DNA of 64,000 nucleotides from Elusimicrobiota bacterium (GCA_044221725.1 JBGAON010000001.1:192001-256000); one strand, 5' to 3'; positions 1 through 9,780 are shown, numbered from the stretch's first letter. Made by a program: numbers and translations. The notes: a model not told the origin generated them from the sequence alone.

Positions 1-566
1 TCCTTTGTCAGATGAAGTTGCTGTTGGGTGTTTTGAAGTTCGAGCGCCATGTTGTCTTCATCGTAATAGCTGAGATCGGCCGTTCCTTCGCTGGCCCAGG
101 CACGCCGTGATTGTCCGACCAAGTGACAAACGGAATCGCCCCTGGCCACGCAGCTCGTTTCGAGAAAATAGATTGGTTCGCCGTTTCGCTGGCTGATCAA
201 GCCCGTGAGAAAGCCGGCCAAAAACCAACACTGGCAAGACGACGTCTTCTCGGAAAAAAATAGTAAGTGGTCAGCCGCTTCTCGGGAACTTGCTGCCTCG
301 TACACGGTAAGGTTGAGACGTTCGTTGGCCACGGGGCGTGCGTTTCCTATTTCGAGAAAAAGTTTGTCGGCGTCGACATTTTTCAGATCAAGGTTTTGCC
401 CATACGATAAGCCCACTCGCGCTAGAACGCCGTGTGCACGAGTTTCGCCAAGAGTCCAAAAAAGTTCGCGCCGAAAGCGGCCAATCACGTCCGGTTGAAA
501 CATCATGGCCACATCGCCGTTTGTCTTTTCAGATTTGTGCGCGGTGATCGCTAACCGCGATTTCAT
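1..566 (-). CDS. Partial gene (runs off window start): XylR_N/V4R-type sensory domain followed by a coiled coil; output domain lies outside the window
   Basis: Not in ORF track (no stop in window). Manual translation from ATG at 566, overlapping the TGA of the FIST-like gene: ...FRRELFWTLGETRAHGVLARVGLSYG...SREAADH...CQCWFLAGFLTG...IYFLETSCVARGDSVCHLVG...W, matching the XylR/DmpR A-domain pattern (E-x2-C-x-A-x-G-x3-C), then ELQNTQQQL. Confidence 0.75.
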   Translation of the reverse strand, partial: MKSRLAITAHKSEKTNGDVAMMFQPDVIGRFRRELFWTLGETRAHGVLARVGLSYGQNLDLKNVDADKLFLEIGNARPVANERLNLTVYEAASSREAADHLLFFSEKTSSCQCWFLAGFLTGLISQRNGEPIYFLETSCVARGDSVCHLVGQSRRAWASEGTADLSYYDEDNMALELQNTQQQLHLTK

Positions 567-1480
567 GACGGCACAACCATCACGAGAATCGAATCGCCGT
601 CGTTCGGAATGGAACGGTTGGGTCGCCGTACGAATTGGTTTTCCGTCGAAACCGCGATGAGCGGCAGTCCCGACATTTGCGTGGAAATCTCTTTTAGTGT
701 TTCGAAACGCACGGGAACGGTGTGGTTGTGATGAGAAAGAAAGAAGATAAAGCCAAAACATGGAACATTGTTTTGAAGTTGGGCCGTTGCTTCTCGCAGC
801 GCCGTTTTTATGGCCTCGCGCGTGACATCGGATTGCGTTTTAAATGCCTCCATGGCAACGGAGCCGACGCCCCACGGGCGGCGCGAGAGAATTTCAAGTC
901 CAATAAGTCCCCTGATCGTTGTGCTATTTCCGCAATAAATAGGAACGGTTTGATCCGCTTGGCTGGCAACACCGATGATCCAATTGTCGAGTCCGAAGTC
1001 GGCCGAAAGAGTTTTTGCAATCCGTTGCCGCGCATCTGAAAGGTGATGGGAAAAAACAATGGAGCCATGGTGGGGAAACTCACGAAGCATATTGCCTCGG
1101 AGCTTGCGATACTGCGTAATGAGCGATGTGCTGCCCCGAAGAATTTCCTGTGAGTTGATATTTGTTGAGGCAATTGAAATTCGGGTTTCGGGAAGTTGAA
1201 AGGCGAGCACAATCCACGTGTTCGCAATTTTGCTTTCTGAGCTTAGAACGGCGTCCGATGGAACGGCGATGAGCACGTCTTCGCCAATGACAAGACGCAC
1301 ACCCTCTACAAAGTCTTTGAAGTGAATTTTTCCGGGGCCGAAAATAAGCACGAGATCAATGGCGCCGGCGGGCAGTTGATTTTTAGCGGCCTGCGCGGCC
1401 TCGCGGCCACATTGAAAGGCGTCCGGATGCGTTGCAAAACCCAGACCGAGCTGCGTTTTTCTGTCGACGAGCGTATCCAT
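563..1480 (-). CDS. FIST-domain-like sensory protein (divergent)
   Basis: N-terminus LGLGFATHPDAFQCGREAAQAAKNQL...DLVLIF resembles FIST_N; ATGA overlap with downstream V4R gene. Confidence 0.6.
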   Translation of the reverse strand: MDTLVDRKTQLGLGFATHPDAFQCGREAAQAAKNQLPAGAIDLVLIFGPGKIHFKDFVEGVRLVIGEDVLIAVPSDAVLSSESKIANTWIVLAFQLPETRISIASTNINSQEILRGSTSLITQYRKLRGNMLREFPHHGSIVFSHHLSDARQRIAKTLSADFGLDNWIIGVASQADQTVPIYCGNSTTIRGLIGLEILSRRPWGVGSVAMEAFKTQSDVTREAIKTALREATAQLQNNVPCFGFIFFLSHHNHTVPVRFETLKEISTQMSGLPLIAVSTENQFVRRPNRSIPNDGDSILVMVVPS

Positions 1481-1544
1481 GCCTAATTATGAGGATGTTT
1501 CCGAAATCAGGACCTTTCAAGTCTTTTGAGCTTTGGAAATAGTC

Positions 1545-1573
1545 TTGAAATTGGTGCATTTTGCCTCTAGATT
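1545..1573 (+). promoter_or_regulatory. Candidate sigma70 promoter for the HD-GYP gene (very short leader)
   Basis: TTGAAA(1545-1550)-17 nt-TAGATT(1568-1573), 12 nt upstream of ATG 1586, in AT-rich divergent intergenic region. Confidence 0.4.
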
Positions 1574-1585
1574 TAGAGCTAATTT

Positions 1586-2785
1586 ATGTTCCCGACACTG
1601 GCCGTCATATTTTTCCTGGTTCTTATTATGTTGATGACGCTCATTTTCTGGGTTGGTGCTCAAAATGCGCACAAACGGGACATGGTCTATAAGTCCGCGC
1701 TCGAAAACAATCAGAAAAAATTGGACCTTCAAACATCGCGCATTAATATTCTTTCACGGGCGCTCCCGAATCTTCAGGCTGTTGTCGGCGATGTAAACGC
1801 GGTTGAAGGTTGGCAAACCATGGCGCTCGACGAAGCTCGTGCGTTGTTATGGGCAGACGGCGCAAGCTATTGGCGCGTGAACGAAACTCAAAAAGAGTTG
1901 GAGCTTTCCGTTTCGCGGGGGCTTGAAACCACGATTAAAGAAACCCGAGTTCATATCGATAAAAGTCCCGACGACGCCTTATCGCAAGCGGCCAAAACGC
2001 GCGTGCCGGTGTTGATGACCAACAACGAAATTGTGTCCGAACCGCAAAGCACATTGGCTGTTCCTCTGGTTATCTCGGGAAATTTGTGGGGCGTTTTTCG
2101 ATTTCTCCGAAAAGGCGAGGACAAACTGGGGTCGAGAGAATTGGATCTTTTGTCAATGTTTGTGCGCCAGTTATCGGTTGTAATTGAAAACCGCGAAATG
2201 ACCACGCATCGAGAAAGATTTTATTTGGAGCTCGTACAAACATTGGCAGAAATCCTGGACTCGCGCGATTCCGCAACGATCGGGCAGACGAAGAAAGCGC
2301 GTGCGTTGGCGCGGCGTGTGGCGCACGAATTGGATATGCCGGAGCAATTCACGTATTACTTGGAATTTGCAGCACTGCTGCACGATATTGGAAAAATTGC
2401 GATCGATGAAAGTGTTCTGCGCAAGCCCGGCAAGCTAACGCCGGAAGAATTCGACATGATCAAGAAGCATCCGGAGATCGGATACAAAATCCTCGCACCC
2501 GTCACGATGTTGGCGCCCGTCGCACCCATGGTGCTTTACCACCAAGAATGGTTCAACGGTAAGGGTTATCCGGAAGGGCTTAGCGGAGAAGAAATTCCTT
2601 TGGGTGCGCGCATTGTCGCCATTTTGGATGCGTGGAGCGCGATGACGTCCGATCGCCCTTGGCGGACGGCTCTTCCAAAAGACGAAGCGCTGAAAGAAAT
2701 ACGAAAAGGGTCCGGTTCGCAATTTGATCCGCGCGTTGTCGAAGCGTTTGTCGCGGCCGTTGAAAAGCACGGGGCCGACGTTTAA
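1586..2785 (+). CDS. Membrane-anchored GAF + HD-GYP protein (putative cyclic dinucleotide phosphodiesterase)
   Basis: N-terminal TM helix, GAF-like segment (LAVPLVISGNLWGV), ALLHDIGKI, HQEWFNGKGYPEGLSGEEIPLGARIVAILDAWSAMTSDRP. Confidence 0.9.
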   Translation: MFPTLAVIFFLVLIMLMTLIFWVGAQNAHKRDMVYKSALENNQKKLDLQTSRINILSRALPNLQAVVGDVNAVEGWQTMALDEARALLWADGASYWRVNETQKELELSVSRGLETTIKETRVHIDKSPDDALSQAAKTRVPVLMTNNEIVSEPQSTLAVPLVISGNLWGVFRFLRKGEDKLGSRELDLLSMFVRQLSVVIENREMTTHRERFYLELVQTLAEILDSRDSATIGQTKKARALARRVAHELDMPEQFTYYLEFAALLHDIGKIAIDESVLRKPGKLTPEEFDMIKKHPEIGYKILAPVTMLAPVAPMVLYHQEWFNGKGYPEGLSGEEIPLGARIVAILDAWSAMTSDRPWRTALPKDEALKEIRKGSGSQFDPRVVEAFVAAVEKHGADV

Positions 2786-2835
2786 TCCGCATTTGTAGTT
2801 CTCTCCAACGTCTCCTACACTAGGCCTTCGCTGGT

Positions 2836-3975
2836 ATGAAAAAACTCTGTGCATTTCTCTTTTTGTTGGGAGTGTCGGCTGGTCATGTTCGCGTGTTTGC
2901 AGAAGTGCCGCTTCGCGATGATCAAGTGCTCATTTATGAAATGAAGGAAGACCCCTCTCTTCCTCAGTTCGTGGCCAATTATTCTGCGAAAGGGTTCTTC
3001 GCTCTTGAGATTGACGAGTTTAAAGGATTGGGTTCCGTCACGTACCGTGTGGACAATTTGGTTGTGACCGCGGACGCCGACCTTACCGTTAAGAAGAATC
3101 AATTGATCCTCACCTACGGCAAACGCAAGAAAATTTGGATTCGATCGCAACAGACCGACGCCTCCGGGAAAACGCACGACGTGATTCTTCCTTCCGGGTG
3201 CGACGGCGATCAAGTTGGTTGGCGTTACGGCGGTAGTTTCGCCCGGCACGTGGTGCGCCGCTCAGACGATACGCAAAAGCGAATCATCGCTAGCAACGCA
3301 AGCCTGGAATTCGAACTGGCGCAAGAACGGTGTGGAGGGCCCAATGGCGAGTGCGGTCCCGTTGGTTGCGGATTATCGAATGCGGTGTCATCGGGCACCG
3401 TTGCTCCGTTGGCGGCGGCGACGCCGGTGCCCGTTTCGACGCTCACGTTTCATGCCGCACTCCTCGAGGCAAAGTTAAGCAGTAGCGATATGCTGCGCAG
3501 CTATCAAGCCGATATCGACACTGTGCTACCAGCGCCACTTCTGCAACTCTCCGTCGTGTCAACGGACTACGTTACAACGCCGTATCCTTTTCTTGGCAAT
3601 ACTGATCCGTTCATCGAGAAACGTCAACTAAAGGTCGGCGTCATCTCAAAACGCTATTTGCTTGAAGACAAAATCACATCGATGACCGTTTCCATTGAAC
3701 CACTGCTCGAAGAGTTTCGCGATGGTTCTTCGAAGTGCGGCGCATGGGATAGCAATTTGAACCGAAGCATGTTTGACTTCCGGGGCCGATCCGCCATGTA
3801 CGAACACGTGCCCTCTTCTCCGACGGATCTTGAGAGCAGCGCGTTCTACGTCTGCGGTCAGACGGTGTCGATATCGATGAAAGTGCAAGGAAGCCGCGCT
3901 CGGGAATTGTTCACGCAATTTGCCGATCAATTGCCTTTTGATCTCATTGAGAAAATAATCGGAGGTTCCAAATAA
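2836..3975 (+). CDS. Hypothetical exported protein
   Basis: 379-aa ORF, signal-peptide-like start MKKLCAFLFLLGVSAGHVRVFA, several Cys; stop overlaps rsmI start. Confidence 0.65.
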   Translation: MKKLCAFLFLLGVSAGHVRVFAEVPLRDDQVLIYEMKEDPSLPQFVANYSAKGFFALEIDEFKGLGSVTYRVDNLVVTADADLTVKKNQLILTYGKRKKIWIRSQQTDASGKTHDVILPSGCDGDQVGWRYGGSFARHVVRRSDDTQKRIIASNASLEFELAQERCGGPNGECGPVGCGLSNAVSSGTVAPLAAATPVPVSTLTFHAALLEAKLSSSDMLRSYQADIDTVLPAPLLQLSVVSTDYVTTPYPFLGNTDPFIEKRQLKVGVISKRYLLEDKITSMTVSIEPLLEEFRDGSSKCGAWDSNLNRSMFDFRGRSAMYEHVPSSPTDLESSAFYVCGQTVSISMKVQGSRARELFTQFADQLPFDLIEKIIGGSK

Positions 3976-4640
3976 TGCCGCTCTATGTTGTGGCCACGCC
4001 GATCGGGAATTTGAGCGATATTACGCTGCGTGCGATCGAGACGCTCAAATCTGTCGACGTGGTTGCGTGCGAAGACACGCGACGAACCGAGAAGTTGTTA
4101 AGTCATTTGGGTTTCCGCAAGCCGTTGCATCGGTACGACGAACACACCCACGAAGCATCGTCGCGTAAAATTCTAGAGATGCTGCGAAACGGACAATCGG
4201 TCGCGCTGGTTACGGATGCCGGCACGCCTGCCGTCTCGGACCCTGGTGCCCGGTTGGTTGAACTTGTGGTCCAGCAGAACATTCGCGTAATTCCAATTCC
4301 TGGTCCATCATCGGTTGTGGCCGCCCTGTCGGCGTCTGGATTTTCGGGCGACGGCTTCGTGTTTTTGGGATTCCTTCCCCGACGGACAGGCAAGGCCCGG
4401 CGCGTGTTGCAGGACACCCTCGGATTAGGTAGAAACCTCGTGCTGTTTGAATCCCCGTTTCGAGTCCGCAAAACACTGGCTTTAATAGCCGAAGAAGCAC
4501 CCGATGCCCAGGTTATTGTCGCCCGAGAGCTCACCAAACTCCATGAAGAGTTTTTGCGAGGAAATATCGTTCAAGTTCAAAATCAACTGCTTGAGCGCCC
4601 AGAAAAAGGGGAGGTTGTTGTTTTAATTAGGAGAGATTAA
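3975..4640 (+). CDS. rsmI: 16S rRNA (cytidine(1402)-2'-O)-methyltransferase
   Basis: LYVVATPIGNLSDITLRA, CEDTRRT, VTDAGTPAVSDPG, FESPFR, RELTKLHEE. Confidence 0.95.
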   Translation: MPLYVVATPIGNLSDITLRAIETLKSVDVVACEDTRRTEKLLSHLGFRKPLHRYDEHTHEASSRKILEMLRNGQSVALVTDAGTPAVSDPGARLVELVVQQNIRVIPIPGPSSVVAALSASGFSGDGFVFLGFLPRRTGKARRVLQDTLGLGRNLVLFESPFRVRKTLALIAEEAPDAQVIVARELTKLHEEFLRGNIVQVQNQLLERPEKGEVVVLIRRD

Positions 4641-4641
4641 C

Positions 4642-5664
4642 TTGATTCGCGTATCGATTCTCGGCGCCACCGGCTACTCGGGCGGCGAGCTTTTAAAAAT
4701 TCTTCTGAAACACCCTGCCGTGTCCTTGCAGCACCTCACGTCCGAATCTTCCGCCGGTCAGCCGATTCACGCCGTTCATGGCGACCTGCGCGGGCGGCTC
4801 TCCAAGAAATTCAGCAAACCTGACATTGCCCAAATCGCGCGCGATTCCGATGTTGTTTTCTCTTGTTATCCTGCAGCGGCGGGCATTAAGCCGAACGCGC
4901 AGTTCGTAAAGTCCAAAGTGAAAGTCATCGACCTTTCGGCGGATTTTCGATTGCCGAACGCCGCGATGTACAAAAGCTGGTACAAAGAAACGCACAGCGC
5001 TCCGGCGTTACTGAAGTCGGCGGTTTATGGTCTCCCTGAGCTGTTTCGTGACCAAATTCGTCGCACCACGCTCGTGGCGAACCCGGGATGTTACGCAACG
5101 GCCGCGATTTTGTCCGCGGCACCGCTCGTGAAGCCGCTGGTCATTGATCCGTCGAGCATCATTGTTGATGCAAAGTCGGGCGTTTCTGGCGCCGGTAAGA
5201 AGATCGCATCGGAGTACATGTATTGCGAGGTTGAGGGAAATTTCAAAGCCTACAACGTCGCACGTCACCGTCATCAACCGGAAATCGAGAGCGTGTTGCA
5301 TCGCCTCGCTCGTGTTTCCATCACGCTGACATTTTCGCCGCATCTCGTCCCTATGACGCGCGGCATTCTGTCGGCGTTTTATGCAACGCTGAAAAAACCG
5401 ATGAAAACCGCAGAGCTCAGGTCGCTCTTCGCTCGGTTCTATGAAAGGGAGCCCTTTGTTCGTGTGTTGCCGGAAGGCGAACTCCCCCAAACGAAAAACG
5501 TCGTTCAAACTAATTATTGCGATATTGGAATCACGCAAGACTCAAGGACCAACCGTGTTATTGTGTTCGCCGCCATCGACAACTTGGTGAAAGGCGCCGC
5601 CGGACAGGCTGTTCAGAATATGAATATTCTTTTCAAACGCCCGGAAACGGAAGGTCTTCTGTGA
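4642..5664 (+). CDS. argC: N-acetyl-gamma-glutamyl-phosphate reductase
   Basis: GATGYSGGEL, IDLSADFRL, VANPGCY, SGVSGAG, HRHQPEI, DNLVKGAAGQAVQNMN. Confidence 0.96.
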   Translation: MIRVSILGATGYSGGELLKILLKHPAVSLQHLTSESSAGQPIHAVHGDLRGRLSKKFSKPDIAQIARDSDVVFSCYPAAAGIKPNAQFVKSKVKVIDLSADFRLPNAAMYKSWYKETHSAPALLKSAVYGLPELFRDQIRRTTLVANPGCYATAAILSAAPLVKPLVIDPSSIIVDAKSGVSGAGKKIASEYMYCEVEGNFKAYNVARHRHQPEIESVLHRLARVSITLTFSPHLVPMTRGILSAFYATLKKPMKTAELRSLFARFYEREPFVRVLPEGELPQTKNVVQTNYCDIGITQDSRTNRVIVFAAIDNLVKGAAGQAVQNMNILFKRPETEGLL

Positions 5665-5688
5665 TTCTGTCGCGCACAGGAGATTCAA

Positions 5689-6081
5689 ATGGGTTTTTTA
5701 GATGCACTCAAGAAGTTGTTCGGAGGTTCCTCCGAAACGCCGACGTTGCAACCCGGCGACCGTATGCTGGTTTGCGAGGATTGCAACTCTCAATTTGTAT
5801 TTGATGTAGGAGAGCAGCGGTTCTTCCGCGAAAAAGGGTTTACCGAGCCCAAGCGTTGCCCGAAATGCCGAAAAAAAGTTCGCTTCCGTATGCGCCGTCG
5901 CGGACGTGGGCATGGTCAAAGTCACGGACAGAATCAAGGTGGCGGCAACCGCAATCCGAACCAAAATGGCCAGCGCCATCCGCAGAATAACAACAATCAT
6001 TCACAGCAGCGAAAGAATCGGCATCACGGTCGACGCCATTCGGTTATCGACGGAGATTCCCCGTACGCCGACGAGAGATAA
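5689..6081 (+). CDS. Zinc-ribbon protein (CxxC...CxxC, zf-trcl-like) with low-complexity tail
   Basis: DRMLVCEDCNSQFVFDVGEQRFFREKGFTEPKRCPKCR; AGGAG RBS upstream; N/Q/H/G/R-rich C-terminus. Confidence 0.85.
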   Translation: MGFLDALKKLFGGSSETPTLQPGDRMLVCEDCNSQFVFDVGEQRFFREKGFTEPKRCPKCRKKVRFRMRRRGRGHGQSHGQNQGGGNRNPNQNGQRHPQNNNNHSQQRKNRHHGRRHSVIDGDSPYADER

Positions 6082-6085
6082 AAAC

Positions 6086-7330
6086 ATGAAAAGTTCACAC
6101 TGGCCTTTGGGCTTCTCGGCAACCGGTTTAAGTGCCGGATTGTCGAAGAAAAAAAATAAGAAAGATATGGCGTTGTTTGTCGCGCACGTGCCCGCGAACG
6201 GCGGTGCTGTGTTCACGAACAATCAAGTCAAAGCCGCGCCTGTATTGCTGACCCAGGAGCGTCTTTTAAAAACGCGCGGACATGTTCGCGCGGTGGTTGT
6301 AAATTCTGGTTCAGCGAATGCCGCGACCGGAAAACCGGGTTTGAAAGATGCGACGCAATGCACGGCGTGGGTCGCCGAAGGATTGGGTGTGCCGAAGGAC
6401 CACGTGTGGGTGGCTTCCACCGGTGTGATTGGAACACGCCTAAATATGCCGAAGTATAAGAAGGGTCTCGAGCGCATGATTGAACAAGTTCGCTCGGGCG
6501 CCGCCAACAATGTGAACGAAGGGCATTTGGCCGCTGAAGCGATCATGACAACCGATACGCAAGTGAAGATTGCCGAAACGTCCTTTAAAATTGGCGAGAC
6601 AACCGTTCGCATGTGGGGCTGTGCGAAAGGATCGGGCATGATTCATCCGGATCTGCGCGGTCCGCGCGGACAACTGCACGCCACAATGCTCGTTTTCATT
6701 CTGACCGACGCGAACATTAAGTCTCCGTTGATTCAGCGCGCTCTCGAGTGGGTGGCGGACAAAACATTTAATTGCGTGAGCGTTGACGGGGACACATCAA
6801 CAAACGATTTTGTATCGGTGCTCGCCAACGGTGCGTCGGGCGCCCACGAGATCAAGTCGTTGAACGAGCCGTCGTACAAAGTCTTTCGATCCGCCTTGCA
6901 CGAGGTGTGCGAGAAACTCACCACGTATATTGCGATGGACGGGGAAGGCGCATCGCGCCTTGTTCAGATTTTTGTCGAAAACGCGCGCACCGAAAAAGGC
7001 GCGCGACAGATGGCCTCCGTTGTCGCATCATCGCCGCTTGTAAAAACCGCCTGCCATGGCGCCGATCCAAACTGGGGTCGCATTTTGGCGGCCATGGGGC
7101 GTTCGGGCGTGAAGTTTGATCAATCGAAAGTAAAAATTTGGCTGGGCGGAATGCTTGTGTGCAAAGGCGGCGTTGAGTTGCCATTCAACGAAGCGCAGGC
7201 GATTCGCTATTTGCAGAACAAACGCATCGTTATTCGTATTGATCTAGGGCTCGGCAGCCAGTGGTCCCATTACAAGACATGCGACTTCACTGGCCAATAC
7301 GTTGGTATCAATGCGGGTTACCGCACATGA
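6086..7330 (+). CDS. argJ: Glutamate N-acetyltransferase / ornithine acetyltransferase
   Basis: VFTNNQVKAAPV, NSGSANAATG, STGVIG, AIMTTDT, KGSGMIHP...ATML, VDGDTSTND, DGEGA, DPNWGRI; start at ATG 6086 chosen to avoid overlap with previous gene. Confidence 0.95.
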   Translation: MKSSHWPLGFSATGLSAGLSKKKNKKDMALFVAHVPANGGAVFTNNQVKAAPVLLTQERLLKTRGHVRAVVVNSGSANAATGKPGLKDATQCTAWVAEGLGVPKDHVWVASTGVIGTRLNMPKYKKGLERMIEQVRSGAANNVNEGHLAAEAIMTTDTQVKIAETSFKIGETTVRMWGCAKGSGMIHPDLRGPRGQLHATMLVFILTDANIKSPLIQRALEWVADKTFNCVSVDGDTSTNDFVSVLANGASGAHEIKSLNEPSYKVFRSALHEVCEKLTTYIAMDGEGASRLVQIFVENARTEKGARQMASVVASSPLVKTACHGADPNWGRILAAMGRSGVKFDQSKVKIWLGGMLVCKGGVELPFNEAQAIRYLQNKRIVIRIDLGLGSQWSHYKTCDFTGQYVGINAGYRT

Positions 7331-7335
7331 CGGGT

Positions 7336-7420
7336 GTCATAATCCTGGCATGCCTTTAGCCAGGATCCATTGTATCTTCGATAGAAAAATGGGCCCTGGA
7401 TAGCGACATTCCAGGGCGAC
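7336..7420. repeat. Intergenic multi-hairpin palindromic element (REP/miniature-repeat-like)
   Basis: ATCCTGGC(7342-49)/GCCAGGAT(7359-66); CCATT(7367-71)/AATGG(7388-92); GCCCTGGA(7393-7400)/TCCAGGGC(7410-17); ends GTC...GAC. Confidence 0.6.
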
Positions 7421-7429
7421 GGATTACGA

Positions 7430-8071
7430 TTGAAGACGAAGGTTTTAAAAGTTCGTGGTAACAAACTCGATGCAAAGCAGCTCGCATTTTGCACCGAAAC
7501 CATTCGCGCGGGCGGCGTTGTCATTTTCCCGACGGACACCGTCTATGGTGTTGGTTGCAACGCGTTCAATCCGCACGCGATTGAGCGGATCTACAAACTA
7601 AAAGGTCGCAGTTACACCAAACCACTTCCCATCCTGCTCGCAAGCGCCGATCAGCTTCGGTTTGTTGCGAAAGAAGTCCATCGGGAAGCCACCGTTCTTA
7701 TTGAAACTTATTGGCCCGGTCCGCTGACGCTCGTATTCAAAACCTCGCCGCTCGCGTTGCACGCGGCCCGTGGCAAAGACACCATCGCGGTGCGCGTACC
7801 AAAATCCGACGTTGCGAGTATGTTGCTCGCCGCCGTTCAGGTCCCGCTCGCGACCACAAGCGCAAATCCCTCGGGAAAACCAGCTTTTCATAAAGGCACG
7901 GACGTCCACAAACATTTTTTTGGAAAGGTGGATGTGATTGTTGATGGCGGTGTCTGTCCGGTCGGCGAAGCCTCCTCGGTCGTCGATGTGACGCACGTGC
8001 CGTTCACGATTCTTCGGGAAGAGGCTGTGTCACGCAAAGAGCTTGCTCGCAAGCTGCGGTTGGAATCATGA
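7430..8071 (+). CDS. tsaC: L-threonylcarbamoyladenylate synthase (TsaC/Sua5/YrdC family)
   Basis: GGVVIFPTDTVYGVG, IYKLKGR...KPL, YWPGPLTLV, AVRVP, TTSANPSG. Confidence 0.93.
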   Translation: MKTKVLKVRGNKLDAKQLAFCTETIRAGGVVIFPTDTVYGVGCNAFNPHAIERIYKLKGRSYTKPLPILLASADQLRFVAKEVHREATVLIETYWPGPLTLVFKTSPLALHAARGKDTIAVRVPKSDVASMLLAAVQVPLATTSANPSGKPAFHKGTDVHKHFFGKVDVIVDGGVCPVGEASSVVDVTHVPFTILREEAVSRKELARKLRLES

Positions 8072-8517
8072 ATATTTTGTTTGTGTGCACCGGTAACACC
8101 TGCCGCAGTCCTATGGCCGAACACCTGTTTCGAAAAATGTTGAAAGACGCCGGCAAGCCGAACGTCACGGTGGCGTCGGCCGGCACACACGCGGCCCCGT
8201 GGGTGAATTTTCCGCCGGAGGCGCAAGAGGCGTTGGCCTCTCACGGTGTCACCCCCGTACGGCACACGGCGCAGGATTTAACAGGACTTCTTATTCAGCA
8301 AGCGGATTTGATATTAACGATGGAAGAACATCATCGGCGCATTGTTAATGACCGGTTTCCCGAGGCGCGGGAAAAAACGTACGTGCTGAAATCCTATGTC
8401 CAAAGTTCTGACCCACAAAAGGATATTCGTGACCCGATAGGATTTCCGGTGGCTGTGTACAACGATGTTTTGTCGGATATCGAACGCGCGCTCATTCCAC
8501 TTTTAAAGAAAATTTAA
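8068..8517 (+). CDS. Low-molecular-weight protein phosphatase (Tyr/Arg, YwlE-like)
   Basis: ILFVCTGNTCRSPMAE P-loop; DIRDPIG. Confidence 0.92.
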   Translation: MNILFVCTGNTCRSPMAEHLFRKMLKDAGKPNVTVASAGTHAAPWVNFPPEAQEALASHGVTPVRHTAQDLTGLLIQQADLILTMEEHHRRIVNDRFPEAREKTYVLKSYVQSSDPQKDIRDPIGFPVAVYNDVLSDIERALIPLLKKI

Positions 8518-8529
8518 CAGGAGAAGATC

Positions 8530-9780
8530 GTGTACAACAAAATTAAAAAACAAGACCCCGCTGTTTTTAAAGCGATTCATGACGAAGTTGAACGTCAACA
8601 AGAAGGTTTGGAGCTGATCGCCTCGGAAAATTTCACTTCCGAAGCGGTAATGGAAGCGCAGGGATCCGTGATGACGAACAAATACGCCGAGGGTTATCCG
8701 GGAAAGCGGTACTACGGTGGTTGCGAAAATGTGGACGTTGTCGAAACGCTGGCCATCGAACGTGCGAAAAAACTTTTCGGAGCCGAGCACGCGAATGTTC
8801 AGCCGCATTCGGGCACGCAGGCCAACATCGCCGTGCTCATGACATTTTTGCAGCCGGGCGACACGATCATGGGACTTCAGCTCGCGCATGGCGGACATCT
8901 CTCGCACGGACATCCGCTGAATTTTTCAGGCAAGTATTTCAACGTGGTGGGGTTCGGTGTATCGGAGAAAACCGAGCTTCTGGATTACGATCAAGCCGAG
9001 AAACTGGCGCGCGAACGGAAACCGAAGCTTTTGTGTATCGGCGCATCGGCGTATTCGCGGGAGTTTGATTGGCAGCGTTTTCGAAAGATCGCGGATAGTA
9101 TTGGCGCCATTCTTATGACCGATGTTGCGCATTACGCCGGTCTTATTGTTGCCGGTCTTTATCCGAACCCAGTTCCCTATGCCGACGTGGTAACAACGAC
9201 AACCCATAAAACGTTGCGTGGACCGCGCGGCGGCCTCGTCCTTTGTAAGCAAAAATACGCGGCCGATATCGACCGCAGTCTTTTTCCTGGGGATCAAGGT
9301 GGCCCGCTGATGCACGTGATTGCGGCGAAAGCGGTGGCGTTTGGCGAAGCGCTTAAGCCGGCTTTCAAAATTTATCAGAAGCAAGTAAAAGAAAACGCAA
9401 AGATGCTCGCTGAAGTTTTGACGAAAAATGGTTTGCGCATTGTAACCGGTGGCACCGATTCGCATATGTTTCTCGTCGACCTGCGTCCCAAAAATATTAC
9501 GGGCAAAGAGGCCGAGGCGGTTCTCGGGGCGGCCGGCATTACCACGAACAAAAATGCCATTCCATTTGACCCGCAAAAACCGTTCATCGCCTCCGGAATT
9601 CGTCTTGGAACACCGGCCGTCACGACCCGAGGCATGAAGAAAAAAGAAATGGTCCAGATCGGCAATTGGATTTCGCAAGCGCTCGACGCAAAAGAAAACC
9701 CGAAAGCGCTTGCAAAAATTCGTTCCGATGTGAAAAAGTTTTGCGCAAAATTCCCGTTGTATCGGGATCATGCGCGCTGA
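8530..9780 (+). CDS. glyA: Serine hydroxymethyltransferase
   Basis: [58 protein letters not shown]. Confidence 0.98.
   Translation: MYNKIKKQDPAVFKAIHDEVERQQEGLELIASENFTSEAVMEAQGSVMTNKYAEGYPGKRYYGGCENVDVVETLAIERAKKLFGAEHANVQPHSGTQANIAVLMTFLQPGDTIMGLQLAHGGHLSHGHPLNFSGKYFNVVGFGVSEKTELLDYDQAEKLARERKPKLLCIGASAYSREFDWQRFRKIADSIGAILMTDVAHYAGLIVAGLYPNPVPYADVVTTTTHKTLRGPRGGLVLCKQKYAADIDRSLFPGDQGGPLMHVIAAKAVAFGEALKPAFKIYQKQVKENAKMLAEVLTKNGLRIVTGGTDSHMFLVDLRPKNITGKEAEAVLGAAGITTNKNAIPFDPQKPFIASGIRLGTPAVTTRGMKKKEMVQIGNWISQALDAKENPKALAKIRSDVKKFCAKFPLYRDHAR

Noticed and set aside
5906..6085. N-terminal extension of argJ (and likewise of wecB at 10747-10839)
   Set aside because: Overlaps the preceding gene; family homology starts at the downstream ATG
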